Shown here one piece after another: positions 1 through 13,912 of a stretch of 60,200 nucleotides of DNA. Position 1 is the stretch's first letter; each line of letters begins with the position of its first letter. The notes beneath the pieces were generated by a model. It saw nothing but the letters and a program-made list of their open reading frames with translations. It was not told the origin of the DNA and made no database searches. Position numbers and translations under genes: made by a program. The DNA comes from Perkinsus chesapeaki ATCC PRA-425 (Eukaryota > Protista > Perkinsozoa), in contig JAAPAO010000156.1 of NCBI GenBank assembly GCA_013115145.1, positions 1 to 60,200 on the forward strand, given 5' to 3'.

Positions 1-380
1 GCGAAATGAAAGACTTGTGATCCGAGGGTATCTGATAGGGAACAACTCTCGGTCAGGCGTCAACCATGAGTACGAGTTATTGAGAGGACAAACTATGAGT
101 AGAAGTATACCAGCTTCTTGGTGAAGTTTAGGCCTCTATCCGAGGTACGAATAAATAAGGATAACCATGGCTCACCAGGTAGGTGACGCCACGGAAAAAG
201 CTGAGCACCTTGGCACACACCGGCGTGCTTAGCGGTAGACTATCTCGCTTCTGTCAAGTAATAATAGTTATCAATAAAAGACATCGGTACCAAGACATAA
301 TATCGATGCATTGCCAATCGATCTTCAATGGAGCATTGGTCATCATGTATAGGATAACATTTCATCATATGGACAGTCGT

Positions 381-809
381 TTAGACGATGCTTTCCACTG
401 GATTGAGCGTAAGAGGCGGGTAGGGAACTGTGCTATGGCTAGTGAACATATACAATTTCATATATTTCCAATCACGATCGATAATCAATGCATTCATCGC
501 AATACCATTCACGTTATTGACACGCCTCAGCATCTTCTTCATGTTCTCGAAGCCTCTAGGGCTCCATTTCAAATTATATCGACGCGTCTCGGGGACGATA
601 GATGTTATATTCACCTGGAATTGGAGAGAATCTTTGCCTTCAGTGAGCTTGAAAGTAAACTGGCTACGAAAGGAATCATCATACGTAACGACCACTCCGA
701 GTGTAGTCCCTCGTCCAGTAACGCTGCCCCCGAAGATGTCTTTACGCGCATAACCGGGCAGAAAGACCACCATAACCACAAAGGCGAGTAGCTGCTGAGA
801 TATTGCCAT
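381..809 (-). CDS. Small secreted protein (142 aa), unrecognised family, copy A
   Basis: Intronless ORF with N-terminal hydrophobic signal ending PGYA. Colinear similarity to the ORF at 18317-18736 (PGYA, TYDxS, YxLxWxP, IAM, WxxxxLYMF, PxxLxPV). Confidence 0.8.
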   Translation of the reverse strand: MAISQQLLAFVVMVVFLPGYARKDIFGGSVTGRGTTLGVVVTYDDSFRSQFTFKLTEGKDSLQFQVNITSIVPETRRYNLKWSPRGFENMKKMLRRVNNVNGIAMNALIIDRDWKYMKLYMFTSHSTVPYPPLTLNPVESIV

Positions 810-2171
810 AATAGTAAACTATAAGCCTGCGACTTCGTCGGGCACAGCAAGATGCTCGAAAGAACAACTCTGTCAGTGACACGAAAAGGCTAGAGACATC
901 GGATGATCAGTTGGGTAGAGCACTGCTTTTCTAAATCGGACCAAGTCTTGGCCTTTACCTAGATACCGACTCGATATTACCGAGCTGTGAATTTAACTTT
1001 GGGGGTGTACGCCAGCGCGTTACGCCTCTGGCGCAACGCGCCAGCTGAGCAGGCGACGCTCCGAACTTACGGCCAGCACGTAAGAAGTTTATATATAATG
1101 CGGCATAGCATAAGGTATAATAAGATCATGCATCTCATGGGTGCCCACGCACTGGGGGACATGCCAATTTGCTATGAAATGATGTTGACCAAGCGACCAG
1201 AAAAGTCGTAAGTTGAAGGGTTTAAGTGTAGAAACGAGGGATACAAGAATCACCTCTAGCATTATTTGTACAATTCAACTTTTCCCCTAGCATTTAATCA
1301 TCATTCGAATGTCTTGCCTAGTGCTGGCTGTCTTCAGCATTGCATTTGTCATTATGTATCACATAAACTCCACAACGAGGGGAAGTGAGAATTCCATAGT
1401 GAGTGATAAGACTCCACTTTTTGCGGCAAAGCTGAGCGCCACGCGCTACAGCCCTTCTTGCCAACCTGGTATGATTCTCTGTGTCAGCATTACTCTAATC
1501 GTTAAATCCCGCGAGTGAACTGATGGACGATGATTTTCATCAAGTGTTTATGGTTATTATTGGGAATTTAGGGTTCTATATGGTGTCGTTAAAGTGTCTG
1601 CGCCCGGGTCACGGGAGGTACAGCGGAGCCCAGGAGAAACTCTCCACAAGTTTGAGGTCACGATCACCCACTTGTATCATGGGATTCGGCGGATGCTATA
1701 TTTGTAATAGCGTGATGATTAATTAAATTTATTTGCTTGGCAGGTTTCCAGTAGACTTTATAGCATCACGCTGTGGACGAACTATTATTACTCATTAACT
1801 ACGGGACTTGGGTAAACATCGGGGGGCAGGTTTTTCGCCATTCGAGTAGCTTTCGTTGTTCGTTAACCACCCCAGCTGCTGAGGATTTGACCTGCATTGG
1901 ATAGCCCGGAAATTGGGTGGACACGACAAACTGGCCACAATGGCGTATCTCGTCGGACACGTCAGCTATACATATTGACATGAAGCTGTGAGCATTAACA
2001 ATGACAACTCATATATTGGAGAAGACTACATATGCACATGGCCTATACTATCGTTCACCGTAACTCAACTTGAATTGACAAACACGTACCAACTGATTTG
2101 GAAAAGAAAGGTTCAGACACTCAATAAAACTAGATAGCCGACTTTTGCAAGAACCGTTATGCAGAGATATT

Positions 2172-4344
2172 CTAAGGCTCGGCATAAACGTGGAGGAGTC
2201 CCGGAGACACATATGCTGCGACTTCACCTAGGAAGAACAACAATGGTGGACACTTCAGCTGTGACCAAGCCCTACCCCGGGGAATGATCTCGCCGTCTAT
2301 GCAAAAACCTACACCTCTCTCCATCACTTCATCATCAGCTGGTTCTATTTTCCATGCCACAACGCATTTCTCAACCCATGAAGGTGCCATATCGGTCTGA
2401 GTCATATCCTTTTCGACAAACACCTTCGAATTTGCCTCGGACTTACATTCTTTCCAGTGCTTACAGATGCTGAACTCTTAGCAAATTTAGAGAAGGTGAA
2501 ATCCTCCCTTTTAGGGCACCGCAAGGACCACTGACCATCGTTCAATCTCTGGTCAGGGGCAATCAGTAAATTCGGGGCGCTATGAGACAAGTTGTTGAGC
2601 CAAACTCCGGCAAAACTGAAAAAGATACATCAATCGTGACGATAAGAAGTCTCATTGGACATCAACATAAAATCAGGGAAAAATGTGCGATGTTGGCGTA
2701 TTTCCAGAAGGGCTGTAAAACAGCAGTTGATGATGATGACTACCAGTTACTGGTGCAGAAAGACCTTTGGCAGCGGATAAAGGTTAAAAATATCGACGGA
2801 AATGAAGAGGAAGGTACCAATGCAAGGTTCATACTCTCCTTCCTCGGTCGTCCATAGCGGACTGTCGTCTAGTGGAAGCTCCTTTAATGCCTCCCTGCCT
2901 TTCATGTCCGAACTCAGAATGTACGATATTCGACCTTGATAATGCCGCAATCGAAGGATTCTCCACAGGCCATATAATGTGAATCGTGCCTCTCCGATGA
3001 ACCGGTATTTTTCCGATTCTATATCAACCTGCAATGAGTGCAATGATCAAAAATGAGGCGGATAAAGCAGATACTCGGTCTACGTCAACGTGAAGCTTAC
3101 ATCGGAGAAGAACCCCCAGGTCCCATTGAGGAACCCTATGCAAGACTCTCCACCTGCGGAGCCACCAGACTCTGAATACAACAATCATCAACCGATGGTT
3201 TCGAGGCAATTGAGTTTATAAGGAGATACGATCATGATCGTATCAGAAGTAGCCTGTGAAGTGGATGACGATAGGACCTACTTATTATGGCCCCATCCAA
3301 AGGAGTAGTTTTCCCTCGAAGTATCAGCCTCATAGCTGCGTTGAAATCACCAACAAATCCCTCAATATCCCCATAAAAATCTTTCTCAGACGCATAGACG
3401 GCGCTAGTGCTCAGACCATTGCCGCTCCCACCAGGTAGCATCCCCAATTTAAGGTGTTTGAAAAGGTATTGCCAATCTGGCAGTTGATAAATTCCCTGAA
3501 AATAAAGTGTGAAAGCGGAACCTGTCATTGAGTTGGCAGTGCCTGTATTAATTCGTGTAAGACCCCATCACCACCACAGGTAACAAAGGCATCGTATTTA
3601 TCAGCATTATCCATTCCCAAATGACGGATATGTTGCGAGCTCACCGTCATAACCGTTTCAACAATAAATCGATCAGACGCGAGCTTAAATAATGGCGCAG
3701 CATATTCACGATATCTGTATAAAATAATATTAGTGTATTTATACCGGACATCAAATCTCACAGCTTCTCTGCTTGACCTTTACCACTGGCGGGATTAACA
3801 AGTACTAACATTCTCGTGCGAGTGGGGCACTCAGCACTGTTGACCATCTCATCCAGGTCCCCTAGGGCGTGATGAAGGAAGGCAGTAGATGCCAAATCGA
3901 CTGAGATGAACTTGCTGCTTCTGTGGCGGTGCAACCTTACGTATGTTTGAAGGCTCTTCTCGTCTGAGATAGATATCCCTCCTTCTTCGCCCAGCCCTCG
4001 ACATGCAACTCTTCGGCTTGGCTTCCAACACGGTAATCTGAATAGTCGGAAGTCAATGAAGTGCCATGAAACAGGTTTATACATGCATTGTTAGGTCCCC
4101 ATGATTTACTGCTATGACATCCTCAAACTGTAGGACATCTGTAGTGATCGTGGTCGACCCTTGTGGTCGGACGACAAGCTGAAGAATAAGTATTGCTGCT
4201 TCCAAACTTCACCGAACCTTGGCATACTTTATCGGAATCTATCGTAACCGTAAAGCTGCTGCCACTGAGGCTGCCCTTTCCTGCCGAAGGTTTGGAACGA
4301 TATGCAAACAGAGCGCCGTTGAAGAAATCATGAATGAGATCCAT
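2172..4344 (-). CDS. SPHK: Sphingosine kinase / DAGK-catalytic-domain lipid kinase, copy 1 (multi-exon)
   Basis: Exons encode LVNPASGKG, GGDGVLHE, MLPGGSGNGL, ARFTLYGLWRI, APDQRLNDG and CIDGE. The start is placed at the Met equivalent to copy 2; an alternative ATG lies at 4386. Confidence 0.85.
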
Positions 4345-4599
4345 ACCGGGAATAAATAGCCTATAAATACGACCACTTGTTCCCATCTGAAAACACAACA
4401 AGTCAAGCATTGGTTGAGCGACACTTCGCTAGACGAGCTTTTTCACGGAGACTGCAAATCCTAGGTAAGGCTGATCCTTGGTACATAGGTTCAAAATAGT
4501 GTGCCACAACAAGAATTGAAATGAAGCCGAGTAGCTAGCTATACATCAGCGTACACTCTAATAGCTTTTGGGAGAACAAGACCGTCAATAACGCCTGAG

Positions 4600-7288
4600 A
4601 AAGAAAAGCAGCATTTTGGTAGTAGGACGCGCTTGAAACGGTTTAGGGAGCACCATTGGCCTAAAGAGTTCAGGCTGAACTCATCCTACCCACCTCGTGG
4701 GACAGATTCGCCATCCACTGCCGGTCCCTCTCCGGCCTGTTCATTATTTTCATCTGACGGCTCAATCTTCCAGGCAACGACGGACTTCGGGTTCCAAAAA
4801 TGTGTCATTTCAACCTAATGGAGGGAGCTGGTCTACCAGTTACTAGTTCAACCGGGACGCAAAGGTTCGATTCCCCGTAGTTCCAAAACGCTGGCGTTTT
4901 CCATATTCGTTTCCCCTACATGCTTGCCCACCTCCATATTGGTCAAACCTGTAATAAGGTTGCCAAAGGAGGCATCTTTATAAGGCAAGCAGCTTAACGT
5001 CTATTGTCCATCATCAAGCTTCCTTTCAGGAGCTGCCATCAGATCAGCAGCGCTATGCGAAACGTTTACGACAAGCACTCCAGCAAAACTGAAATAACAC
5101 AATGCCGGAATCGAACCCGCGACCATCCGATGTCCTTACTCCCCTTGCTGCGTCTTCCAGAGAGGATTGCTAGTATCAGGTAGAGCCTTCAAAGGCTTAT
5201 TATTTAATTCATCAGAGGCTTCAATGTACGAGATGCGACCAGAATATTTCCGAATGTTAATAATCCTCCATAATGCATATAGAGTGAAGCGAGCCCCACC
5301 CAAGAATCTGAGATGATCTGAACCGAGGTCCACCTGAAGACGAAAACTTTGGTCCGGTATCAAAATTTTGGTGCTAAAGTTGGCCGGGTTTAAACTTTCA
5401 TACACAGTTATTCTCAGAAAAATAATACATATACCATAGCGCTCCACATTCAATATCGGATATCTTTCTCCTGAAAATTCAAGCATATGCTAATGATGAT
5501 GATGATGATGCTAATGATGATCATCGCCTACACGGAAGTCTGTTGGGGCCAAGGAAACCCTCGCGGGTAATTTCCCAAAAATAATGGCCGTTTCAACTAG
5601 ACGAGCTTTAGATAGTTTACCAGTGGAGGAGGACTATTCAAACGAGGATATTCCTACGACGCTCCTCTCCGTGTTACTAGCTCGACTGAGTGCTGCTACA
5701 CGTAAGCCCCACACTGTGAGCATATTACATCAGAAAATAGGCCCCAAGATGCACTGAGACAGGCCAACACACTCGCCTTTTGCTGCTCACCAGTTGATGT
5801 ATCTCGCACGTCTGAGAGATCGGGCTTTGCCCAGGACCACTCGGGGAGGAGTATTACCAATCTGTGCTGCATCAAGGGCAGAAGTACGCCCTCTTAGGAT
5901 TAGCCGGAGAGCAACTTGAAAATCACCGACATACGATTTGGGGTTAAGATCGAACTCCCCCTCCGATGCGAAGGCGCAGCTGCATGCCAGACCATTGCCA
6001 CTACCAGCCAGTAAGAAGCCCAGTGTTATGTTATTGAGTACGGCACGATAGTCTGGTAGCTTGAAGATGCCCTGAAGGTGAACGATAGACGGCTTTGAAG
6101 GGGCTGGATAGTATCACTTGTAAAAAATCATGGACGAGTCCATCTCCTCCGCAAAACACGAATGTATCGAATTTATCAGCGGATTCCATGGCGACTTGTT
6201 TGGTATGTTCAGCGCTCTCAGTAACTACTTCCTCAATCATGAAGCGATCTTGGCAGAGCTCGAATAAAGGCTTGGCTATGCTAGTATACCTATTTGAGAA
6301 GTAGGGGAAAAGAGAGGCATTCTTAACGTTCCTAGACTTGGTAAAACCACTGAGTGAATGACTCCGAGGCTGCTCCAGAATATTCCAGAAGGCAGTGCCT
6401 ATTTAGTGAGAAAACCAGGAAATGTTATTAAAAATATAGCTGCGCAGATGGTAGCAATAGAGCTATAATATAGAAGCATCCTCTTCCTTTATTACATATC
6501 CATAGCTTTGCCTTTGCCGCTGATAGGGTTTATGATGACTAATACTCGTGTTTTAGTAGGGCACTCTGAGCCACTATCAACCATAGTGTCCAAGTCTCCT
6601 AGTGCTGTATGGAGTAGGGCTGCTGCTACAAGATCCACTGAAGGAGGGACAAGCCATTAGGTCCATACTTAGAACCCGATAAATGTGAGAACGGATGTTC
6701 CCAAGATCATCGCATTGTGATCTCCATAAGATACTTCCGAGGTTAGATCGCATTAATGATTTGAAAGCTCACAAGCCATTGTGGTAACGTGTTATATGTG
6801 GTGAAGACTGACAACTCAAAGCGCAGCATGATTGAACGACTACCGGAAGCCCGTCCATTACAATTATTGGTATCCTCTGAATCTAGCCTTTCTAGTACTA
6901 TATCCCTGCGTTGCCGTCCAGCAGACGATGTACAACTCTTATTTTTCATTTCAAGAACGGTAATCTGAATGAACGCCCCCTTTCTATACAATAACGCCTG
7001 CGGAAGGCAACGAAAGATACTTTTTAGGTTGCCATATCGCTACCTGTAAGCTTGAATCACCGTAGTTAACAGCGACTACATCCTTGTACGCCAGTGCATC
7101 ACGAATCTGCCGTGTACTGGCTTCACGAATAACTATCTAATATACAACAATCCAGCCTATCTTTGACAAATCAATGTTACTGTGTCATCTTCAAAGGAGA
7201 CCAGAGCATCATCTAGAATGTCGCCAGCTCGACGAGGAGCCGATCTGTAACGGAAATGGGAGTCAAAGAAGCTGGATAGAAGTTCCAT
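4600..7288 (-). pseudogene. SPHK: Sphingosine kinase copy 2 with in-frame TAG at 5001-5003 (possible nonsense allele or pseudogene)
   Basis: Motifs IINPISGKG, GGDGLVHD, AGSGNGL, ARFTLYALWRI and AVDGE are colinear with copy 1. It reads KLDDGQ*TLSC where copy 1 reads RLNDGQWSLRC. The 3' end is approximate. Confidence 0.7.
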
Positions 7289-7499
7289 ACACGTATGAGG
7301 TAAAAGGTCGTATGGGGTAAAAGAAGTTGCTGATAATATCCTGATCGTTCAGAACCGAATCACATCCGATAGAAAGTAAGCTAAAGACCGGAAGGTCGTC
7401 AGTTCGACCCCCGGCTAGGGGCATTCTCCAGTCATTTTTTCGAGAGCACCAATTCGTCCAGCGCACAAAGTGGGTCTAGTCTATTGTTCATTCCCCGTC

Positions 7500-8926
7500 A
7501 TGTCCAACCTTTCTGCACCTGTTCCTACCAAGGCCAATATGCCAATTCCTGTTAAACCTGTTGGGGTGTGCCTAGTTGGCCTTGGAAGAGCTGGCAAGTT
7601 CCATATAGAGGTAAGGCCGCTTCAGACATAGGTCAGCTCGATATAGCAAATGCATATATCTTATTGGTTACTTTGGTTGAGATTCTTATTCAGGCTCTAA
7701 GCAACTTGGGCCCTCGTATAGTAAAGATCCTCTACGTTGTTGACGTTAAAGAAGATCTTGTTAAGGAACGAGCAAAGGAGCTCGGCTGTGTTGGCCTTAC
7801 TGATATGAAGCAGGCAATGGAGGACCCTGAAGTACGCTTGACAAATGATCCCCCAATCAGTGGAATCTTAGGTTGAAGCGGTTATTGTCGGATCTACTAC
7901 TTATATGCATCACGATCATATAATGACCGCTTTAAAAGCTGGCAAGGCTTGTCTCACGGAGAAGCCAATAGCTGATAATCAAAAGGAGCTTCAGGAGCTC
8001 ATTGACTATGTCAATACTGTAGATGTCCCATTCCGTGTCGGATATCAGCGCAGGACTGATCCCAACTTCCGAGTTCTAAAGCAGCAAATTCAGATGGGTC
8101 TCATAGGAGAGCCTAGGATCATCAATTGCACATCTCGTGATAATCCTGAGCCCCCTATGGAGTACTTAAAGGTGTCTGGAGGTAGTAACACTGGATAGCA
8201 GCAGCATGGGATGATGAGCAAGGCGAGATCACGGTCATAGGTATTTTCCATGATATGCTAACTCATGATTTCGATATGATTCATTTCCTTACTGGGCAAG
8301 TTCCTGAATCTGTCTATTCAATTGGTCATGCATACAACCCTAAAATTGAAGCTATGAATGATGTTGATACTGCCATGGTACTCATCTCATATTAGTGCCA
8401 CCGTGGGCAGTATCTTTAGGTTACTCTAAAATACCCTAATGGTCTCTTGGCTACTGTTAATACTAGCAGAATTGCTCCCTATGGATACGATCAGCGTGTG
8501 GAGGTCTTTGGCCCTAAGGGCATGGCCACCGCTGAAAATCAGGTCGGTTCTAGCATTTTGATAGTTTTTATTGGTTGTTGGTTCAGAAAGAGTCCACGGT
8601 TGTTGTTGCAACTGATGGCGGTTATCAGAGCGCCCGAGCTGACTACAGCTTCCCGGAGAGGTAGTTCTCCAGAGCATACATGGAGTAGGGTTCACTAGGT
8701 ACCCTGAGGCGTATCTTGAAAGTGATGCTGAGTTTATAAAGATGGTCATTGAGCATAAGAAGGAGGATAAGGCAGATAACGAACGCTTTGTGATGCTGGA
8801 TAAGGTACACTCGTATCTGTCGTGTTCTGGGGGCAGCATCGTTTGTCATCACAGGTAGCACGTGCCGCTGAGAAATCTCTCCATGAGAATAGGGTTGTCT
8901 TCTTGAGTGAGTTTGATGAGAACTAA
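7500..8926 (+). CDS. Gfo/Idh/MocA oxidoreductase, myo-inositol 2-dehydrogenase-like (multi-exon)
   Basis: VGLGRAGKFH Rossmann motif, LTEKPIA, VGYQRRTDPNF, TSRDNPEPP, HDMLTHDFDM and YGYDQRVEVFG, as in IolG-type enzymes. Confidence 0.85.
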
Positions 8927-9103
8927 GTTTATTTTGGTAGAATTATACCATACAGCTTCCATACTTATACCGTCAGCCTTCCTCCAGCTGGCGGATTGTA
9001 TAGCATCATCTCCGACTTGTGAGGGTTCAAGGAGAGGATCTGAAGAAATGACATGTTGAGTTCTTCAAGCAGTAGGATATTTCTTGGGAGCTGCTAGACT
9101 TGG

Positions 9104-11713
9104 ATGGCCACGTCGTTATCATCATCATCATCACAATCGCCGCAGCCATCAGCGGCCCTACCGCCTTGGCCCGGTGTGACCCCGCCCGTATCAGAGAACT
9201 ATCCAACTAGAGCTGATTATGAGGCTACCGAGGAACTGAAGCACTTTATAGAATCTAGGGCTCCACCAGAGAGCACACATGGGATGCTGAAACGGTAGTA
9301 TATGAGAGGGAGGCAGAAATAGCTGTCGTGGAGTAATCTACGGGGTGTTGGGGGAAAGGCATGGACCTCAGATACGAGGTGTTAGTGGAGATTGAACGGA
9401 TGGTTAATAAATGGATATATGACGTATCCGGAGGAGAGATTCGATCCAAGGCTAGAGTCCTCACATTTGGGAGGTACCCCCTACTGCTGTTGCTCTCATC
9501 AAGCTGTGTATCTTATAAGTATCTTAGCTTCCGTCTTGGAGTCATTACTCCTTTGTCTGATATAGACACACTGGTCCTCTTGCCCAACCTTATATCCAGG
9601 GATGATTTTTTCACCGGTAGTGAATTTACGAGCAGTAGCCTGGTGTATAGTTGGGGTCTGTAGATTTTGTGGAGACGATGCTGAATCGGTCGCCTCATGT
9701 CACCGAATGCAACCCTGTTCCGGCTGCCCACGTACCCATTATAAAGGTACTCCCCGTATGATTGTTCTCCAGGCGGCCAGTGGACATTATTAGGTCAAGT
9801 ATCGAGGGATATGTATGGATATATTAGCAGCTTGCGTTCCGCCTTATGTGCTGTCTGGTGATGTTGACTCTGTTCAAGAGGACCTAATTTACCAAGTCGA
9901 GAAGCGATGTATGAAGTCAATGAACGGCATTAGGGTGGCAGGTCGGTGGCCGCTTCGGTCTCTGGTGATTCGGACAGGTTTACTATTCAGATAAGATGCT
10001 CTCGTTGGTGGTGGACACACAGACTTTCCGATTGGCCACAAGAGTTATCAAGTACTGGGCTCAGCAAAGGTTGATATACTCTAATGCGATAGGGTATATG
10101 GGAGGGGTATCCTGGGCAGTTATGGTAGTAGTGTCGGGGGTGGGGGGGGGGGCGAGGTGGTGGTGGATTAGGCAACCTTATTAGGTGGGAAGAGTCTGCC
10201 AGTTGTACCCCAATTACTCGGCCAAGCAGATAGTTGAGAGGTTCTTCTTCGTGTATGCTCGATGGCAATGGACGGCTACACGGGACTATGGGAATAGTAA
10301 TATGACTGAGGTTGAATGGGGGGGAACTGTGGGAGTAGGTGCAGCGGTGACGCTATGTCCCATAGAGGAGGCGGCTAATAAGGTGCCACCAGAGATAGCT
10401 GCCGAACAGGGACTAAGAAAATTCAAGGAATGGAATCCGAATAAGTAGGGTCATGCAGCGGGCTGGCGGCGGTATTGGGTATTGGTATCAGGTACAGTTC
10501 TGATCGTCACCATGTAATGCCGGTTATCACACCGATATTCCCAACGCATAACACTACATATAACGTACAAGAATCTAATAAAAGGGTCATTGTTAGGGAA
10601 ATAAAGAGAGGTGGTTGTGGTAAAGAAAGAGTTAGGAAGGGTAAGATTATCAGGCCGTGAGATAATGGAGCTCATGAGCATGAGTAAAAGCAGCAGCAGT
10701 GGTGGAGCAGCTACCAAGGGAAATGAAGTTACTTGGGCAGACTTATGCGCCCCGTTCCCATTCTTCCAGGTCAGCAGCAGCCATTACTCGACTTACTTGT
10801 TATATTGCTAAAGCTTTAAAAGTCTCTGGAGTACTGTCTACCGTTGGTGTGCATTTGATAGTATTCAGTGTGGTAGACTTCTGAGTTGCTCCTTGTGTCA
10901 GTGAGGTGGAGATGTAATATGTTGTCAGGTGTACCGTCAGTTTTTGATATTAGAGATCAGCGCTGAAACAGAGAAGGCTTTCCTCAAGTTTAAGGGGCTA
11001 GTAGAGTCTCGCGTGAGAGTACTGGTTAAAAATTTGGAGACGTGCTGTGGCAATAAGGTGAACCATAATCGGGGCTCATATAAGGTATATCGCATCGTAG
11101 GTGCTCCCTCAGCCCCATCCGATTCTGTTCCAGAGGGGTCCTCTGGGGGCCGATGTAACCCCCGGTGAGGCACCTGCCTTCCTTGGAGCATTCGTTTTAG
11201 GTATAGCATTCGACAACATTGCCACAGGTAGGTGGGTATTACTTCTAGGGACCTACAGGAGCTACTGTCAGATGACGCGGCTGCGGCAGCGAAAGTGAGC
11301 AAGGAGATGAAATCTGCATGTGATGCTTTTGCAGAGCACATTAGTCAGGCAGCACTCTCGGATGAGTGGGATGCGTATAGAGGGCAGTTTAAGTAATCTC
11401 CCTTCCCATGCAGCAGGAGGACGCCTTATCTACATCGTGGGCCATTGACCTTTTCCTCTGCTTTGTCAGCCTCACTATACAGCATCGCTACCTCGCAGAC
11501 TTACCAGACTATATACGCCCGAAGCCAGCAGCAGCGGCATCAGCGCGTCACCATACACTGGGATTAAAATCGGCCACATCAAAAGGCGGTGCAGGTTCGA
11601 CTCCCAGTGCAGGTGTTACTACCACCGGTGTTGCCGGAACGGTAAAGCGCAAGCGGGTAGAAGGAGCGGAGCAGCCCTCTGCTAAGGAGGCACGTCATGA
11701 GAGCTCGTCCTGA
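9104..11713 (+). CDS. PAP1: Canonical nuclear poly(A) polymerase (multi-exon)
   Basis: TFGxxRLGV and SDIDTL nucleotidyltransferase motifs, RVIKYWAQQRLIYSNAIGYMGGVSWA, MPVITPIFP, GLVESRVRVLV, basic C-terminal tail with KRKR. Confidence 0.92.
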
Positions 11714-11954
11714 TGGCGGTCATTGTTACTAGAAGAGCATCCTCCTCCTTCTCTTCGTCAATGAAGCGGTGGGGTAAATCAAGTTGCACCATCGTCCCTC
11801 GTATTCGTGTTGTTGTTGTGAGTGTTGTAGCATTGACGGATTTCTCGTCATGAACACATGAAAGTATCTGCGTTGGTCAATTCGGAGTTCCATACTTGAC
11901 ACCCTAGGCATAAGATCGGTCTTATAGGTCAGTCGCCACCTGGTGGGTCTCCGA

Positions 11955-13284
11955 ATGAAACCCTTATTTGAGTACATATGGCTGATAGGCTACTTCTCTA
12001 CTGCCTGCCCTTTGATATTACTCAACAAGTATCAATCGTCAACTCTTGCCCCCCTCCATCATCACATCCTCCAGGCACTTGCTCACCGAACAGGACGTGC
12101 CGACTGCGGTGGTTCTCATTCAGAACACATTCACCATTCTGCTATCGGTGGTCCTTGTGCAAGTGCAATCAACTTGTCATTTCACCTTTGACTCCCCAGT
12201 CGCCTTCTCTGTCGCTCAGTACAGCACTTTCTATTTGCGCAAGATATCTTACGCTTACCAGGTTCACCACGTACATTTTGCCTGCTCTGGTCTGGAGCAT
12301 TTCTCTAACTGTGGGCATGAGGCTCGTTCAAGGCTTTACGATCCCCACGTGAGCTTCCAGTTTGTAAGAGGATAAGTATCTTCCCCTACAGATACATAAT
12401 GACTCGATTTGCAGCTTCGTCTCTGGTTGCCATCGGTGATTGGTATCTTTTCGGCGTAAGACTTTCTTACAGACAGTAAGCCGTCAACCGTGTTGCGATA
12501 CGACATCCCAATAAGGAATGATGAGTGCAGGACTGCTTGCCTTCTATTTCTTATGATCCTCTCCATCGCACAATTCAGCAACGAGGCACGAACGACGGAA
12601 TGGTCTTGGTCCTACAAGCAATACCTTCTACTCGCCGCTTCGAGCGTGAGTAACACGCTCGACTATAGGGGGTTTCCTAATTGCTGCTTGCTACTAGGTC
12701 GTGTTCGTAGCTGACAGTCTTCTGTCAAAGAGAGCGGTGCTTAGGCTTCGAGAGCATCACCAGCAATCTACTTTGGGTATAAATATTATTCAGAATACTC
12801 TCAGCATGCCCATCCTGATCATGTTAGTCATCATTGGCAATGAAATAGGTATAGTTCATCCAGGGACTGTTTGCGGCCTGTCAGCTGATATCAGGCCCCA
12901 TCGTGGCGCTGCTCTCCAGTGCCTTCGAACTGGTACCAGAGGCATTGTATTGGACATGGAAAGCCCTCCTTTCCTGTGGCCTATGCTTTGGCATGTCTGC
13001 AACAACGATAATGATGAATAGCAATTTAACAGCAGCACGTGTATCTATGATGATTAACTTCAACAAGGTTACCTCTGAACCAGCGCTGAGGTTTCTCCGA
13101 GCTTTTTCAGGTCCTGGTGGTCTTGGCATCGATGATCCTGCAACAGCTAGATAGCTCGATGGCGCCCTCTAGTCATATGTCAGATCTCCTTATAGTGGCC
13201 TTAGCGGCGATATCAGGAGTCGTGTTCAGCCTTAACAGTCGTGTGGTGGCCCACCCGCCCAAGAGAATCTTGCTCACCGTCTAA
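11955..13284 (+). CDS. Nucleotide-sugar transporter (GDP-mannose/GDP-fucose, VRG4/GONST-like; multi-exon)
   Basis: Spliced product reads YFSTACPLILLNKHLL...VLIQNTFT, LVAIGDWYLFG, QNTLSMPILI, SCGLCFGMS and SMMINFNKV, with multiple transmembrane segments. Confidence 0.65.
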
Positions 13285-13912
13285 CAACTTTATACCATTC
13301 TCATTTTCTCCGTACACAGATCCGAGTTTCTAATTCGTGCAAGGACGCTTCAAAAATCAAGACTCTTGTAGTTCACATGAGTTCGTCTCTGGACCTGTTA
13401 GGAACGAGTATAGATTCGCAGGCGTCCGACTACTTTCGAAGGAGCCTTCGAGGTCATCGAAACTTCCTTGGGCCAGCTCGATGGTGGGTTAGCGTACGGA
13501 AATATTATCACTTGTACCTTGCTGTCCATATTTTCAGAGAATATTGAACCGTAACTTGCATTCATCCTGACTCGTACATCGTTTTAATCGGCGGATTTCA
13601 GGCGAACGAAGTCCTCGTCGTCCAAGCGGAGTCGGAAGTCCGTCCACAATTCAAAGAGCATAAACCACCACGGTACGTTACGTCAATCACACCAGGTAAG
13701 CTCCTTTACCGCCGGGACGTCTACAAAATATCTGTCCGTATGCTCAGGCTTGTGGACATATACTGTCGGCAGCTGATGAATATTATCGTGCTGGATATCA
13801 ACAACATGCTCAAAGATTCGCCCAAATTTGCATAGACACTTGCCGAGACTGTCTTTCTTCCGAACAAGGCAATGTTGGTCCTCTACTTGAGACCGAGTTC
13901 CGTGCCTGGCTC

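Noticed and set aside
183-791. 202-aa plus-strand ORF
   Set aside because: Antisense shadow of the secreted protein at 381-809, with no recognisable features.
1016-1040. GC-rich hairpin CGCGTTACGCC-TCT-GGCGCAACGCG
   Set aside because: Single, short and not repeated elsewhere in the window, so there is no support for function.
4824-4885. tRNA-like stretch on the plus strand (GGAGCTG...GGTTCGATTCC...TAGTTCCA)
   Set aside because: Only 62 nt, the T stem does not pair, there is no D or anticodon arm, and it is antisense to kinase exon sequence.
5001-5003. TAG as evidence for a reassigned genetic code
   Set aside because: Other genes in the window end normally at TAG, TAA or TGA, and I found no further in-frame stops. 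The aligned residue is Trp, one substitution away.
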